64,000 bases of DNA from a virus. The notes under the pieces were generated by a model, which saw nothing but the letters and a program-made list of their open reading frames with translations, ran no database searches and was not told the DNA's origin. Made by a program: the position numbers and the translations under genes. The stretch spans positions 114,401 through 178,400 of the IMG/VR virus record IMGVR_UViG_3300024520_000050; one strand, written 5' to 3'. Each line of letters starts with the position of its first letter. The stretch's first letter is position 1. Positions 30,628-40,668 of this stretch are shown here, piece after piece.

Positions 30628-31514
30628 TTTTCATTCTTTATTATTTGTTTTTGAATATGTTCCATCCATTGTTCTTTAGATTCCCATTTATTCTCACACC
30701 ATTCACTTAGTATCTCATTCAATATTTCAGTATCTGTAAATACTCTTGGTTTAGGATCCATCTTCTCTGACTCTTCATAAGTAACTGATTCAATACTTTC
30801 TACCCAATATAATCGATCTCCACGATCTTGCTTAGAACTATCTATTTCAGCATTTATAGTAACATCATAATATTTATTACCAATCTTCACATAAACACTA
30901 GCTTCTTCCTGGGCAAATCCTTGACCGCATTCAAAGTAATCATAACCAACATCTTTAAAGTATTCTTCAATTTGTTCTGGATGTTTTAACATGTCTTCAT
31001 CTTCAAATAAATCCCAATCATCAAATAAATATTGCTCAGTAGGAGTATCTACATAATTATCTTTAATTTCTTGCGCTATACGTTGTTCGCGATCGTATTC
31101 AATCTTCAACTTATCATGAATTATTTGCACTTCTTCTAATGTTTTATTACCTAAAGATCTAGTATCCATATAACTATAGCTACCAGATGGTTTCTTATCT
31201 GAATATCTATCATCATATTTGATAATATTAACTAATAATTCACTTCTTGAATCTTTTCTATCTTTATGAATAGCTCCAATATCTGTTGCTCCTTTATCAA
31301 TAAAATATTGGCCACATGATTGACACAAATGTGCATTTACTTGACCTTCTATTGATGCAAATGCAATATCTGTATCATTAGTATCTTCATATTTAATTTT
31401 ACAGTTTTTACATTTTGTATCTTTTACTTTAGAACCTCGTATTCTTAACCACGCTTCTTTTGTTGTAAAGTTTAATTTAACTGTCTTTACATTATATTTA
31501 TCTAATTTATTCAT
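30624..31514 (-). CDS. Hypothetical protein with zinc-finger (CxxC...HxCxxC)
   Basis: CKNC...HLCQSC. Confidence 0.5.
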   Translation of the reverse strand: MNKLDKYNVKTVKLNFTTKEAWLRIRGSKVKDTKCKNCKIKYEDTNDTDIAFASIEGQVNAHLCQSCGQYFIDKGATDIGAIHKDRKDSRSELLVNIIKYDDRYSDKKPSGSYSYMDTRSLGNKTLEEVQIIHDKLKIEYDREQRIAQEIKDNYVDTPTEQYLFDDWDLFEDEDMLKHPEQIEEYFKDVGYDYFECGQGFAQEEASVYVKIGNKYYDVTINAEIDSSKQDRGDRLYWVESIESVTYEESEKMDPKPRVFTDTEILNEILSEWCENKWESKEQWMEHIQKQIIKNEK

Positions 31515-31517
31515 TCT

Positions 31518-31913
31518 TTATACATTTGTATAACATCTATATTTGTTGCCTTGTTCATCATAATATATTAAATCAACACCTGCCAGTGTACATTTAAATT
31601 GGAAATCACATTGTGGATCTTGAGGAGCATTTTCATACCATGATAATAAATAATGATCTTCTCCATACTCTTCTAATATTTTATCATAAATATTATCCTC
31701 ATCAAAATCTCTTTCCAACCAAGGAGCTAGTTTTCTATACTTATCTAATTCTGCTTTAATTATATCCCAATTATCCATATAATTATATGCATTTACTCCA
31801 GGTATAGATTCTCTTTCAAAGTGTTGTGTATCAGCATCTCCACCCATATATTCAACATCTAAAAAGAATTTACCTGAGTTAGATTCTTCTACTTTTTCAA
31901 ATTTCTTATTCAT
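31518..31913 (-). CDS. Hypothetical acidic protein
   Basis: ORF in operon. Confidence 0.5.
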   Translation of the reverse strand: MNKKFEKVEESNSGKFFLDVEYMGGDADTQHFERESIPGVNAYNYMDNWDIIKAELDKYRKLAPWLERDFDEDNIYDKILEEYGEDHYLLSWYENAPQDPQCDFQFKCTLAGVDLIYYDEQGNKYRCYTNV

Positions 31914-32395
31914 TAATAATCTATATCGATTAATACTTCTTCATTTTCTTCTGCTCCTAATTCAAATAATCTTACAGCAATTTCATCAATATCGTATTTT
32001 GAATTATCAAAATATTCTTTTGAGTTTGCTTCCCATGGTATATAACAACCACATCCTACTTCTCGAGTAATCTCTTTATATAATTCTTCATTAAAATCAC
32101 TACATGCTGAAAATACTTTTCTTGTAATTATCCTCACTTTATTTTTATTTTCTGTGCCTTAACAGCTTGCATTTCCTTTTTAATAGATTTACATCTATCT
32201 TCAAAACCTTTTACTAAGTCTGTCATTGGTGTTGGTTCGTTTTCTTCTCTGTTAGCATCTGCATCAAATACAAAATCAGAACCAAAAGTTATAAATCCAC
32301 GTCCTTGGATTGGTGTACTTTCAGTTCTGATTTCATTAAACAGATTGTATTCTTCTTCAGTGATAGGGCATACTATCTTACCACCGTAGTAGAAC

Positions 32396-32887
32396 TTATC
32401 TTTTACTCTTGTAATAATTATCATCGTTTCCTTTTGCGAATATTAATTCTAATACGTGTTTCTTTGGTATATAACATAATGATTTATGTTTCCTTGAACT
32501 AGAATGCGTACCACAATAACCTTCCTCAGATATGTATTTATTTAAATGTGAAAGATTTTTTGATTTTAACATGCCTTCAAGATCATTAAATGCCTTCCCT
32601 CCGTCATCTGTATAAAATGCAATTTCATACATCTCATCATCTTCACTAGCATGGAGCTTTGAATTATGACCTTCATAAAACATAGTACAGTTGATAGTAT
32701 TAAATACACCATTTATTTTCATACCATGTGAAAAGTATCTTGCATGACCATCAGCACCAGGATTTTGATCATGTCTTAAATCATCTAAATCTAAATCTAA
32801 TACTTTAATACCTTGACCTTCCATTAACTTAAAACATAAGTCTTGTTGATCATTAAGATATAACATTTCTAAATTTTCTTTCATCAT
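32396..32887 (-). CDS. Hypothetical protein
   Basis: ORF in operon. Confidence 0.5.
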   Translation of the reverse strand: MMKENLEMLYLNDQQDLCFKLMEGQGIKVLDLDLDDLRHDQNPGADGHARYFSHGMKINGVFNTINCTMFYEGHNSKLHASEDDEMYEIAFYTDDGGKAFNDLEGMLKSKNLSHLNKYISEEGYCGTHSSSRKHKSLCYIPKKHVLELIFAKGNDDNYYKSKR

Positions 32888-33588
32888 ATTTCAATTACGT
32901 GTTTACCTAATCCATCATAATAATTTAATGTCTTAGATTCTAAATATTTATCAAGTACGCCATCAATATGAGTATGACCCACATGTTGTGTATAACCTTC
33001 AATTTGATACTTATCAAGTTGACTAGGCCTTACCCAGAATATACCTGAATAAGGATCGTGTCCACCGTTAATCTTACCAATGTAATATAACTCATCCATT
33101 TGAGTACCATTGAGCAATTCACTCAATTCCATATTACCATCAAGTACATCTTGATATGCATCAGGATACCTCTCATTTAAAGCATCTGTAATAAATGTAG
33201 TTACACCAGCATGGGTAAATAAATGCACCTCATTGGTATCAGGATTTGTATATTGCCATGCATTTACATACATATCTTTGTGATGTTTCATCATTACATT
33301 AATACGTACAAAATATTCACTACTGAATCCACTACATTTTAATTTACTAACCCAATCGTTATAAAGATATTGCACATCATGATTTCCAAGTATTAATTCA
33401 ATCTTATCACCATATTTCTCTTTAATCTTAATGATCTTTTGAAATATACGAATTTGTGTTGATGGATGAATTGTGAATGAATCCCAATAATCGCCCCCAA
33501 ACACAACTTTATCGACTGCTTCTATTTCTTCATCCGTTGGAATGTAATTTGATTGCCCATGAGGGTCGAATATTGTTAGTATTTTCAT
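32884..33588 (-). CDS. Calcineurin-like metallophosphoesterase
   Basis: DPHG, GDYWD, GNHD, THAG, GHTH. Confidence 0.9.
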   Translation of the reverse strand: MKILTIFDPHGQSNYIPTDEEIEAVDKVVFGGDYWDSFTIHPSTQIRIFQKIIKIKEKYGDKIELILGNHDVQYLYNDWVSKLKCSGFSSEYFVRINVMMKHHKDMYVNAWQYTNPDTNEVHLFTHAGVTTFITDALNERYPDAYQDVLDGNMELSELLNGTQMDELYYIGKINGGHDPYSGIFWVRPSQLDKYQIEGYTQHVGHTHIDGVLDKYLESKTLNYYDGLGKHVIEI

Positions 33589-33592
33589 TGTT

Positions 33593-34003
33593 CTATTTTA
33601 AATTATACCATTTAATAAATTCAACTACACAGTAATAAACTGCTTCAAGTTTACTATTCATCTGTTTTGTGTATGTTTTTGTTGCCTCTGGACGATGCGG
33701 AAGATTCATAGATTCAGTGACTGTTTTACAACTTTCAATTAAATGTCGATCTCCAGAAGCATTTTGAACATTAATACCAGCGTATGTTTTCATCATTGAA
33801 AAAAAATGAACACATTCCATTGATTCAATTTTTTCAACTACTGGCATTATCCAATTCCATGAATTATGAAAGAATGTTTCTTCCAAATTTAATAACTCCG
33901 CTTCAACTTCCATTAAATCAGAATAATGAGTCTTCCAAACGTATTGTAAGTCTCCCATAAACTTAGCAATAAGTAAATTACTATCTTTTATTTCATCTTT
34001 CAT
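33593..34003 (-). CDS. Hypothetical phage protein (FH.SW.W.MPVVEKIE family)
   Basis: Motif FHNSWNWIMPVVEKIES; a paralog lies at the right window edge. Confidence 0.6.
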   Translation of the reverse strand: MKDEIKDSNLLIAKFMGDLQYVWKTHYSDLMEVEAELLNLEETFFHNSWNWIMPVVEKIESMECVHFFSMMKTYAGINVQNASGDRHLIESCKTVTESMNLPHRPEATKTYTKQMNSKLEAVYYCVVEFIKWYNLK

Positions 34004-34404
34004 TACTCTTCTATTTTTAAAATTTCTTCAATTTGTTCTTGAGATAACTCACCATCACCAAAATCTTCACAAGGTATAGCTGATGTACATGTTAATTTAC
34101 CATCAACCAACTCAATAATTATTCGTGTTGGATCTTGCCAATCTCCTCCTGCATCAAATTCAATTAGATCATCAGTTAGTCGAATGAATTCAACATTTTC
34201 CAAATCTACATCTTCTAAATTACCACCATGTTCTACTTCAGGCCAATTGTCCATACCATTAGTATTTTCTTCTAACCAGTCACATAATAATTGACTTGGC
34301 GTATCTTCTTCAGGATCATACGGATACCAACCCCAAGTACGCTCATTGATTTCTTTATCATTATTCATCCTTACAAGAATATAACTCTTAATTAATTCTA
34401 TCAT
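34003..34404 (-). CDS. Hypothetical acidic protein
   Basis: ORF in operon. Confidence 0.5.
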   Translation of the reverse strand: MIELIKSYILVRMNNDKEINERTWGWYPYDPEEDTPSQLLCDWLEENTNGMDNWPEVEHGGNLEDVDLENVEFIRLTDDLIEFDAGGDWQDPTRIIIELVDGKLTCTSAIPCEDFGDGELSQEQIEEILKIEE

Positions 34405-34872
34405 AATATTTATTTATGTTGCTAATATTGCAAATCGTCCATGTTTTTTAATCTCTTCACCATAAGTCTCAACTAACCATTTATTGGTTTTTGTCCATGA
34501 TTCATCGCCATATTCAATCCATGCTATGGAATGACTATAATGAGTAGTTACATCATGTTCTTGCATTTCTTGTTCTACATCTTCATTCCAATCACATGCA
34601 TCAAGAAGTACTATAAATTCTATTTCTTGTTTTTTACCTTTACTCATCTTATTCACTTTTACCAACCCAATCAGGTGGACATATAACTTCTAATTGTTCT
34701 ATTTTACCTTGTATAATATCATCAATACGATCTTGCATTTCTCTATACTTATTATACTCGTCCCACATAGGATCATTTGGTTGTGCTGCTTCCATATTCA
34801 TGTTAGCTCTCATAAACCCTAAAGCTTTTGATGTAGTGAATAACTCCTGTAATGGAGTGTTTTCATTAATTG

Positions 34873-35121
34873 TCATTTGTATTCTTTACTTACTTTTGCT
34901 AAAATTTGTTTTATTCCAAGTAACTTAAATGCAGTTACTCTATGTCTTCCATCTTTAATCATATAAACTCCATTCTCATTCAACTTAACTCGAATTGGAG
35001 GTAATCCTTCAATTCCATGTTCTCTAATAAAATCAATTAAAGATAATGTAGATGGATTCAATGGATATCTATCCACTTTAATATTACCAATATTAATTAA
35101 CTTTTCAATCGTTTTCATCAA
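34873..35121 (-). CDS. ParB/Srx-like N-terminal domain protein
   Basis: LPPIRV...IKDGRHRVTAFKLLG. Confidence 0.8.
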   Translation of the reverse strand: MMKTIEKLINIGNIKVDRYPLNPSTLSLIDFIREHGIEGLPPIRVKLNENGVYMIKDGRHRVTAFKLLGIKQILAKVSKEYK

Positions 35122-35375
35122 TTAAATGATCTGATAATTTCTTCTTTTTATTTCTTCTCTTGTCATTCTTTATCTCCAACATTTCCCAAAAAACAGTAAA
35201 TCCTACAGCTATATTACTATATCCTATATGTATCCATTTTTCTAAGATCATCAGAATATGATGATTCACCACATCATAGTACATGCAAATATCCATTGCA
35301 CATACTACTATTACCATAAAGAATAACATGAAAATTATCAAAGAGAAAAGGTTTAAAAAAATTAAGTTAGGTAAA

Positions 35376-35699
35376 TCAATACTCAACTATCATCTTATCG
35401 CAATAGTCATTACACCATGCAATAAATTGTTTACGAGGATAACTATCCTCATTTCCTTCTGTAAAAGGAATAAGTGTTATATTATAAGATGGATTCTTTT
35501 GTGCACGATGTGTGCTAATTCCACGACCTTTCTTCTTTCTAAATTGGTCTGCTAGACTACACGCTGCAATACCAATATGGACTACATTATTCTCATGTAG
35601 TATTCCTGTAATTGATACTCTACGTTGTTCTTCATTCCCTTTATGGTTTACAAAAGTCTTGTGTCCATAAAAATGAAATTTTTCATCATTGTTTGACAT
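35376..35699 (-). CDS. Hypothetical phage protein
   Basis: G.A.CS..DQF.KK.GR-type motif. Confidence 0.55.
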   Translation of the reverse strand: MSNNDEKFHFYGHKTFVNHKGNEEQRRVSITGILHENNVVHIGIAACSLADQFRKKKGRGISTHRAQKNPSYNITLIPFTEGNEDSYPRKQFIAWCNDYCDKMIVEY

Positions 35700-35717
35700 G
35701 ATTTTATATTTAATGTT

Positions 35718-35755
35718 TAAAAAATAAAAGAGCGATAGAATTAACTATCACTCTT
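35718..35755 (-). terminator. Rho-independent terminator
   Basis: AAGAGTGATAG/CTATCGCTCTT stem followed by a U-rich tail. Confidence 0.7.
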
Positions 35756-35764
35756 ATTGTATTG

Positions 35765-35837
35765 TCGCAGGAGAGAGACTCGAACTCTCGATTTTCGGCT
35801 TATGAAACCGGCGATTTAACCACTAATCTATCCTGCA
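35765..35837 (-). tRNA. tRNA with CAT anticodon (Met or Ile2)
   Basis: Cloverleaf; loop TT-CAT-AA; T-loop TTCGAGT. Confidence 0.85.
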
Positions 35838-36011
35838 AGATCCGTAAATAAGGAGAGTTTTAATAGAAACAACTATGGTGTGTTCCGCACTGTGCTCACC
35901 TTCTCAGGGTAATACTTATTTACTAGCTTAATTTATACCTCTAAGCGGACTATTGTACTTATTACTTAGACTTTTAGTTTAAACAAATCTCCTTTGATAA
36001 ATTAAACTTTG

Positions 36012-36087
36012 TCGTAAAGGTTGGACTCAAACCAACAATCTCATCCATTATGTTGAGGATGTGCCTTTTCCAGCAGACTACTTTACA
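36012..36087 (-). ncRNA. tRNA-like RNA with a 10-nt anticodon loop
   Basis: Acceptor TGTAAAG/CTTTACG, D arm, stem CATCC/GGATG around loop TCAACATAAT, T arm GTTGG-TTTGAGT-CCAAC. Confidence 0.75.
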
Positions 36088-36094
36088 ATTTCAG

Positions 36095-36168
36095 GGTGCT
36101 CATTGAGAATTGAACTCAAATTTCATGAACCACAATCATGTGTCCTAGCCATTTGGACGATGAGTACC
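36095..36168 (-). tRNA. trnH: tRNA-His(GTG) with encoded G-1
   Basis: CATGA-TTGTGGT-TCATG; G-1:C73. Confidence 0.9.
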
Positions 36169-36188
36169 ATTTAAACTTTTGTATTATA

Positions 36189-36911
36189 TTATAATTTAGA
36201 ATTTAATCCTAAAGTTTTTATCCATTTTCTAATTGCATTGTCAGAAACATTATATAGTTTACCAGTTTTAACATAACCAAGTGCTTTAATTTGATTAATT
36301 AATGTTATTGGATCAGGCAAGCTTTTAATGTACTCTTGTCTTTTAAACGTCACACTACAGGGTTTGCATCTTCTTGATGATCTATAAATTTCTATATTGC
36401 AATCTATACATCCCCTAGTGATCTTTTTAATCTTCTTTTTGATTTTTGTATTCTTATGATTTTTACCACAGTAACTATCAGTTTGAGCATGACAATTAGC
36501 GCAAAGTATTTGAAGATTCTCTATTCGATTATCATTATTAACTCCATTAATATGATGTAATTCTAAAGGAGCTGGTTTTCCAAACCACTCACTTAAATTA
36601 CAGTTTTCGCATTGTTTTTGTTTGAAATCTTCTTTAAACAATCTCCTTTTTAAATTTGTTCTAGAACAAGTACTATTTTTAACAAGATATACTTCTATTG
36701 GCTTCTTAATAGAGTTAGTGTTCGTGCCTCCCTTATTCCAACTTTGACCTTTAAAATGAGAAGTATTTAAACTATGTTCTTTAATTTTGTTATGAATTAG
36801 CTCATAACTACTTCCACTGAGTGTCATTCCTAATATCCTACACACTTGAGCAAGTGATATACTATTACTAATTGCGTTTTCAATTTCTTTTTTTGTAAAT
36901 TTATATTTCAT
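36189..36911 (-). CDS. HNH homing endonuclease (free-standing, between tRNAs)
   Basis: CENC, LELHHINGVNNDNRIENLQILCANCH, C-terminal HTH (YNVSDNAIRKW). Confidence 0.9.
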   Translation of the reverse strand: MKYKFTKKEIENAISNSISLAQVCRILGMTLSGSSYELIHNKIKEHSLNTSHFKGQSWNKGGTNTNSIKKPIEVYLVKNSTCSRTNLKRRLFKEDFKQKQCENCNLSEWFGKPAPLELHHINGVNNDNRIENLQILCANCHAQTDSYCGKNHKNTKIKKKIKKITRGCIDCNIEIYRSSRRCKPCSVTFKRQEYIKSLPDPITLINQIKALGYVKTGKLYNVSDNAIRKWIKTLGLNSKL

Positions 36912-36985
36912 AATTACAAATATAATGAATATAAATTAAAAAGGTAGAGTAATGAATACAAACTTGCAATCAACTCTACCTTTTG

Positions 36986-37059
36986 TATCTCTAGTAAGAT
37001 TCGAACTTACACTGAATATGGTCTAAACATATTGCCTCTACCAATTGGGCTATAGAGAT
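36986..37059 (-). tRNA. trnL: tRNA-Leu(TAG), short variable loop
   Basis: ATATG-TTTAGAC-CATAT; A73. Confidence 0.85.
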
Positions 37060-37077
37060 ATTCCTACCATTATAAGA

Positions 37078-37485
37078 TTACTTATCTTCTATGTCAAGTG
37101 AATAAATACCACTTAATTTATTTGGATCTAATGTCCAATTAGTACTAACTGATGTACTATTCATTATAGCTTTGCCATCTGTAATGTCATGAGAAACAAG
37201 ATTATCGCTACTATTAATAATATGAGTAGCTGGACTTCCAAAATTAAAATCACTATAATCATTACCATAATTAGTATAACCTGGAGAACCATACCACCAT
37301 CTATCCCAATTATGTGGAACATAAAATGGTCGTGTCCAATTAACTTTTTTAATCTTTGTATTAGGTAATAATTCCCAATCTTTCCAATCTGGTAGAATGC
37401 GTTTTATAGTTTTAATAAACATTGCTAAATTGCAAGCTTCGGGTAATAAGATTGTATTATTATCATAATCTAATTGTATTTTCAT
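37078..37485 (-). CDS. Hypothetical protein
   Basis: ORF between tRNAs. Confidence 0.5.
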   Translation of the reverse strand: MKIQLDYDNNTILLPEACNLAMFIKTIKRILPDWKDWELLPNTKIKKVNWTRPFYVPHNWDRWWYGSPGYTNYGNDYSDFNFGSPATHIINSSDNLVSHDITDGKAIMNSTSVSTNWTLDPNKLSGIYSLDIEDK

Positions 37486-37604
37486 TTGTTAGTTGTTAGG
37501 TATTAAAATGATTGTAGACCGGTGACACTTGGTTAAAACTTTAGTAAGTCTGTGGGCGGTATTATTCCCATCTTATAACAATCATTGTATTTTAATTATA
37601 TTAG

Positions 37605-37677
37605 AGCCTCCGGAGGAATTTGAATCCACAACTTTTACCTTACAAGGGTAACGCTCTACCAGTTGAGCTACGGAGGC
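37605..37677 (-). tRNA. trnT: tRNA-Thr(TGT)
   Basis: TTACC-CTTGTAA-GGTAA. Confidence 0.85.
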
Positions 37678-37853
37678 TTTTATTATTAAGTTTAAAAAAG
37701 GGATAAACTCCCCACAACTCTTTTTTATATGTCTTGTTGTAAACAAGTGCAGACATCTCATACTTCGTGCAAAACGCTTCGCTTTAAAGATAAGACATAA
37801 AATTAAGTAACATGTAACAAAAACTTTATTAGTCTTTATTACATGTTTGTATA

Positions 37854-38702
37854 TTATAGTAATGAATTAATGATCTCTGATCTAGAAAATATAGGAGTTT
37901 CCACAACTTCCCACTTACTTCTAATTTTTACTACATCCTTAAAGTACACAGTTGTAGGATTAACTTGCCAATCTCCATTCTCTAATTGAAAAGCTTCATT
38001 ATTCACCTTATCATCCACATATTGATTCTTTACAATCAAACTACCTCTCTTCTTAGAAAAATGCAAGTCATTCCAATTATGTCCTTTCTGAAAACACATT
38101 TCTTGCATATCAGAACCATTCTTTAAATGTAATTCTTTATGTGAATATAATGATTGTGCTAACATAGCAATACTGTTCTTCTCTGCATCACGTTGACGTG
38201 CTACAAAATAGTTATTTATATCACTTTGTGGTATTGAAAATGCACGTGAATCGAAGTTCGCTAATTTTGGTAAATATGTTTGTTGAACTAATGAAGTTTG
38301 AAGTTCAATGATTTCTGGTTCTTCAGCAAAGCATTTTAAAAACCTCAACTGATTAAATATACCAGTAGCTAAACTAGCACTTACACTAGTCATCTTCTGA
38401 ACATTATAATTAAACCATGCTTCAGTAGTTAACTTATCATAATCAGTAATTAAAATACTAATTTCATCTGATTGTGTATAAGCAGCTTTAGCTCCTTGAA
38501 TGTTTTCACATAAATAAATAGCGGTTTTCTGCATATCTTCAATTAAACCCTCATCAAAAGGTTTATTTAATCCTTTAGTATAAGAACTAAATTTTTTTCC
38601 ATCAATACGACAGATAACTGGAACATGTCTAGATAAATAATAACGATTTCTATTTTCGTAATATTCTTTCATTCTAGTCATTATAGGGCATTTTCTACTC
38701 AT
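37854..38702 (-). CDS. thg1: tRNA(His) guanylyltransferase Thg1-like protein
   Basis: RMKEYYE, RIDGKKFS, YTQSDEISI, FDSRAF. Confidence 0.92.
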   Translation of the reverse strand: MSRKCPIMTRMKEYYENRNRYYLSRHVPVICRIDGKKFSSYTKGLNKPFDEGLIEDMQKTAIYLCENIQGAKAAYTQSDEISILITDYDKLTTEAWFNYNVQKMTSVSASLATGIFNQLRFLKCFAEEPEIIELQTSLVQQTYLPKLANFDSRAFSIPQSDINNYFVARQRDAEKNSIAMLAQSLYSHKELHLKNGSDMQEMCFQKGHNWNDLHFSKKRGSLIVKNQYVDDKVNNEAFQLENGDWQVNPTTVYFKDVVKIRSKWEVVETPIFSRSEIINSLL

Positions 38703-38707
38703 AATAA

Positions 38708-39643
38708 TTATTTTTTAAATTTCCAAATAAAATTTTTATATTTCTTTCTTTCTCCTCTACAACATTTTGATATTGCAGATGCATTAAAATTTAACTGTTT
38801 CTTAATTTCTTGTCCACTGTTCCATGTTTTTATTAAATTATTATTAAGATCGTACTGACATATTACTTTCTTCATATCCTTCGGAATGTATAAATTTGAT
38901 TTCCTTAGATGATTCTTAATAGAATTTATAGCAACATTATATTTTTTAAATAATGCATATGCAGATTCCCCATTAACATAGTCTTGTTGTATTATTGTAA
39001 ATAATTTTTCAGATGTAAATACAGGTTGCTTATTTATATAAGGTGAATAATCCCATTTATACGCATAACAACTTGGATAATTATTTCCAATATATTCTAA
39101 AAATGTTTTAGATTCTCTTTTACGTATTCTAATATAAGGTAGATTATTCTCATTATAATTAATTCTAGCTTTGAATTGAATAAGTTGATTACATAAAAAT
39201 TGATTATCATTTACAGTAAAGCAATAAGTTGCTAATTTTATATCTTCACTTCTTTTATTTCTAGAATTTCTTAGTAAACAACCATCCCCAATATACCAAT
39301 ATAAGCAATGTATTTTATTTAATACTAGACATAATGGTATTATTTTTATTCTATTAATATACCACAAGTGGTATATTTTTGTAAATTCAGGAAGAGATCT
39401 TGTTCGGAATACATAACTAGTGTAAGTTTTATTAGTTCTTTTATCGTACACTTTTCTTTTTAAAGGTCCAAGTTCATATACTGTTCCTTTTGCAAATTCT
39501 AAAAAATTAGAACTAACAAATTCACAATGTTCTTTTTGAGATGAAGTGTAAGAAAAGTATGCATTTTTAGCTTTCTTAGCTTTGATAATACAACCATCTC
39601 CCAATAAACATCCTTCTAGTATCTCTTTTTGTTTTTGATTCAT
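38708..39643 (-). CDS. Free-standing LAGLIDADG homing endonuclease with C-terminal NUMOD1-like domain
   Basis: GCLLGDG, YWYIGDG; ICQYDLNNNLIKTWNS...ISKCCRGERKKYKNFIWKF. Confidence 0.9.
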   Translation of the reverse strand: MNQKQKEILEGCLLGDGCIIKAKKAKNAYFSYTSSQKEHCEFVSSNFLEFAKGTVYELGPLKRKVYDKRTNKTYTSYVFRTRSLPEFTKIYHLWYINRIKIIPLCLVLNKIHCLYWYIGDGCLLRNSRNKRSEDIKLATYCFTVNDNQFLCNQLIQFKARINYNENNLPYIRIRKRESKTFLEYIGNNYPSCYAYKWDYSPYINKQPVFTSEKLFTIIQQDYVNGESAYALFKKYNVAINSIKNHLRKSNLYIPKDMKKVICQYDLNNNLIKTWNSGQEIKKQLNFNASAISKCCRGERKKYKNFIWKFKK

Positions 39644-39724
39644 TTTAATATGTATAATTAGTATAGTATGAATGACTTTCCATAAATATACACATTATAT
39701 ATTAATTATACGAATCAAACAATA

Positions 39725-39775
39725 TTAATCATAGTTCTCTTTCATGCGTTGCATGATTGGACAATTCTTACTCAT
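39725..39775 (-). pseudogene. Orphaned original 5' end of thg1 (MSKNCPIMQRMKENYD*)
   Basis: Near-identical peptide to the current Thg1 N-terminus (MSRKCPIMTRMKEYYE); ATG overlaps the radical SAM stop. Confidence 0.8.
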
Positions 39776-40658
39776 GATTTATTGATTTAAAATATTCACT
39801 AATCGTATAATCATTCCAGTTATACTTTTCTTTACTTCTACTTGATCTACTAAATGTTTGTTCTACAGCATTAATATAAAATGAATGTTCTCCTTGATAG
39901 AATTTATTCCAATTATCATCAGAAAATAATCTACGTAGCTTTAGTTGTTCTAATGCTAAGTTATCAAAACTAGTAATATCAAATGTTTTAATGCAGTGAT
40001 TTATCCACCACTTCCATTGTTGATGATTTAAACTATCAATGTCTACTTGTCCGGTATTGGCGCCGAAGTCTTTTTCTCCGAGTATGAGTAACTTTTTTAC
40101 TCCTTTGTTGTGTAATTCAATTACATCATTGATAGTATCAATGCCCATAATTACATGAAATACAGTGTTCTCATAGTTAAGTATTTCATTAGGTACATTC
40201 CAAGTTAAACTACTACGATATGATATACCTAATCCTTTGATTAAATCCATATCGATACATTTTAATATGTCAAATATATCACGTTTAATATGACCTTGAT
40301 TAACTGTAAGATTGCATATGAAACCTTTAATTTTACACCAAAATAAAAAGAACATTAAATTATGAGTTAATTTATTACATCCAATAGCTAATTCAATACC
40401 TGGTGGAATACCCTTTAATTTAGCTTTCAACGCAGTGTAATCACATTCTAATCCATTCACCTTAGCCGACTCATGACAGAAGCTACATAGCACATAGGAA
40501 CCGTTATCTCGTTGCCCAAATGAACATTGATTAGATACTCGTATGTCGATATTTAAAGGATGATCTAATTTCATAGAACCTTCAAATTCTATAATTCGTG
40601 TACCAACATTATCAATTGTAATAGAACAATTTCCATTATTATATTTAACTAATTGCAT
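39768..40658 (-). CDS. Radical SAM protein
   Basis: Split CxxxCxxC-type cluster motif NQC...LCSFCHE; GIELAIG, NLTVN. Confidence 0.8.
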   Translation of the reverse strand: MQLVKYNNGNCSITIDNVGTRIIEFEGSMKLDHPLNIDIRVSNQCSFGQRDNGSYVLCSFCHESAKVNGLECDYTALKAKLKGIPPGIELAIGCNKLTHNLMFFLFWCKIKGFICNLTVNQGHIKRDIFDILKCIDMDLIKGLGISYRSSLTWNVPNEILNYENTVFHVIMGIDTINDVIELHNKGVKKLLILGEKDFGANTGQVDIDSLNHQQWKWWINHCIKTFDITSFDNLALEQLKLRRLFSDDNWNKFYQGEHSFYINAVEQTFSRSSRSKEKYNWNDYTISEYFKSINHE

Positions 40659-40668
40659 AGTTTAAAGT

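Noticed and set aside
37508-37799. Two short spacers with terminal inverted repeats (ATGATTGT/ACAATCAT; TATGTCTT/AAGACATA)
   Set aside because: Only 8-bp AT-rich closures with no convincing internal structure; not enough to call ncRNAs by eye.
38708-39643. LAGLIDADG gene as part of a group I intron or intein in thg1
   Set aside because: No intron core in the short flanks, it has its own start and stop, and thg1 has a complete replacement N-terminus.
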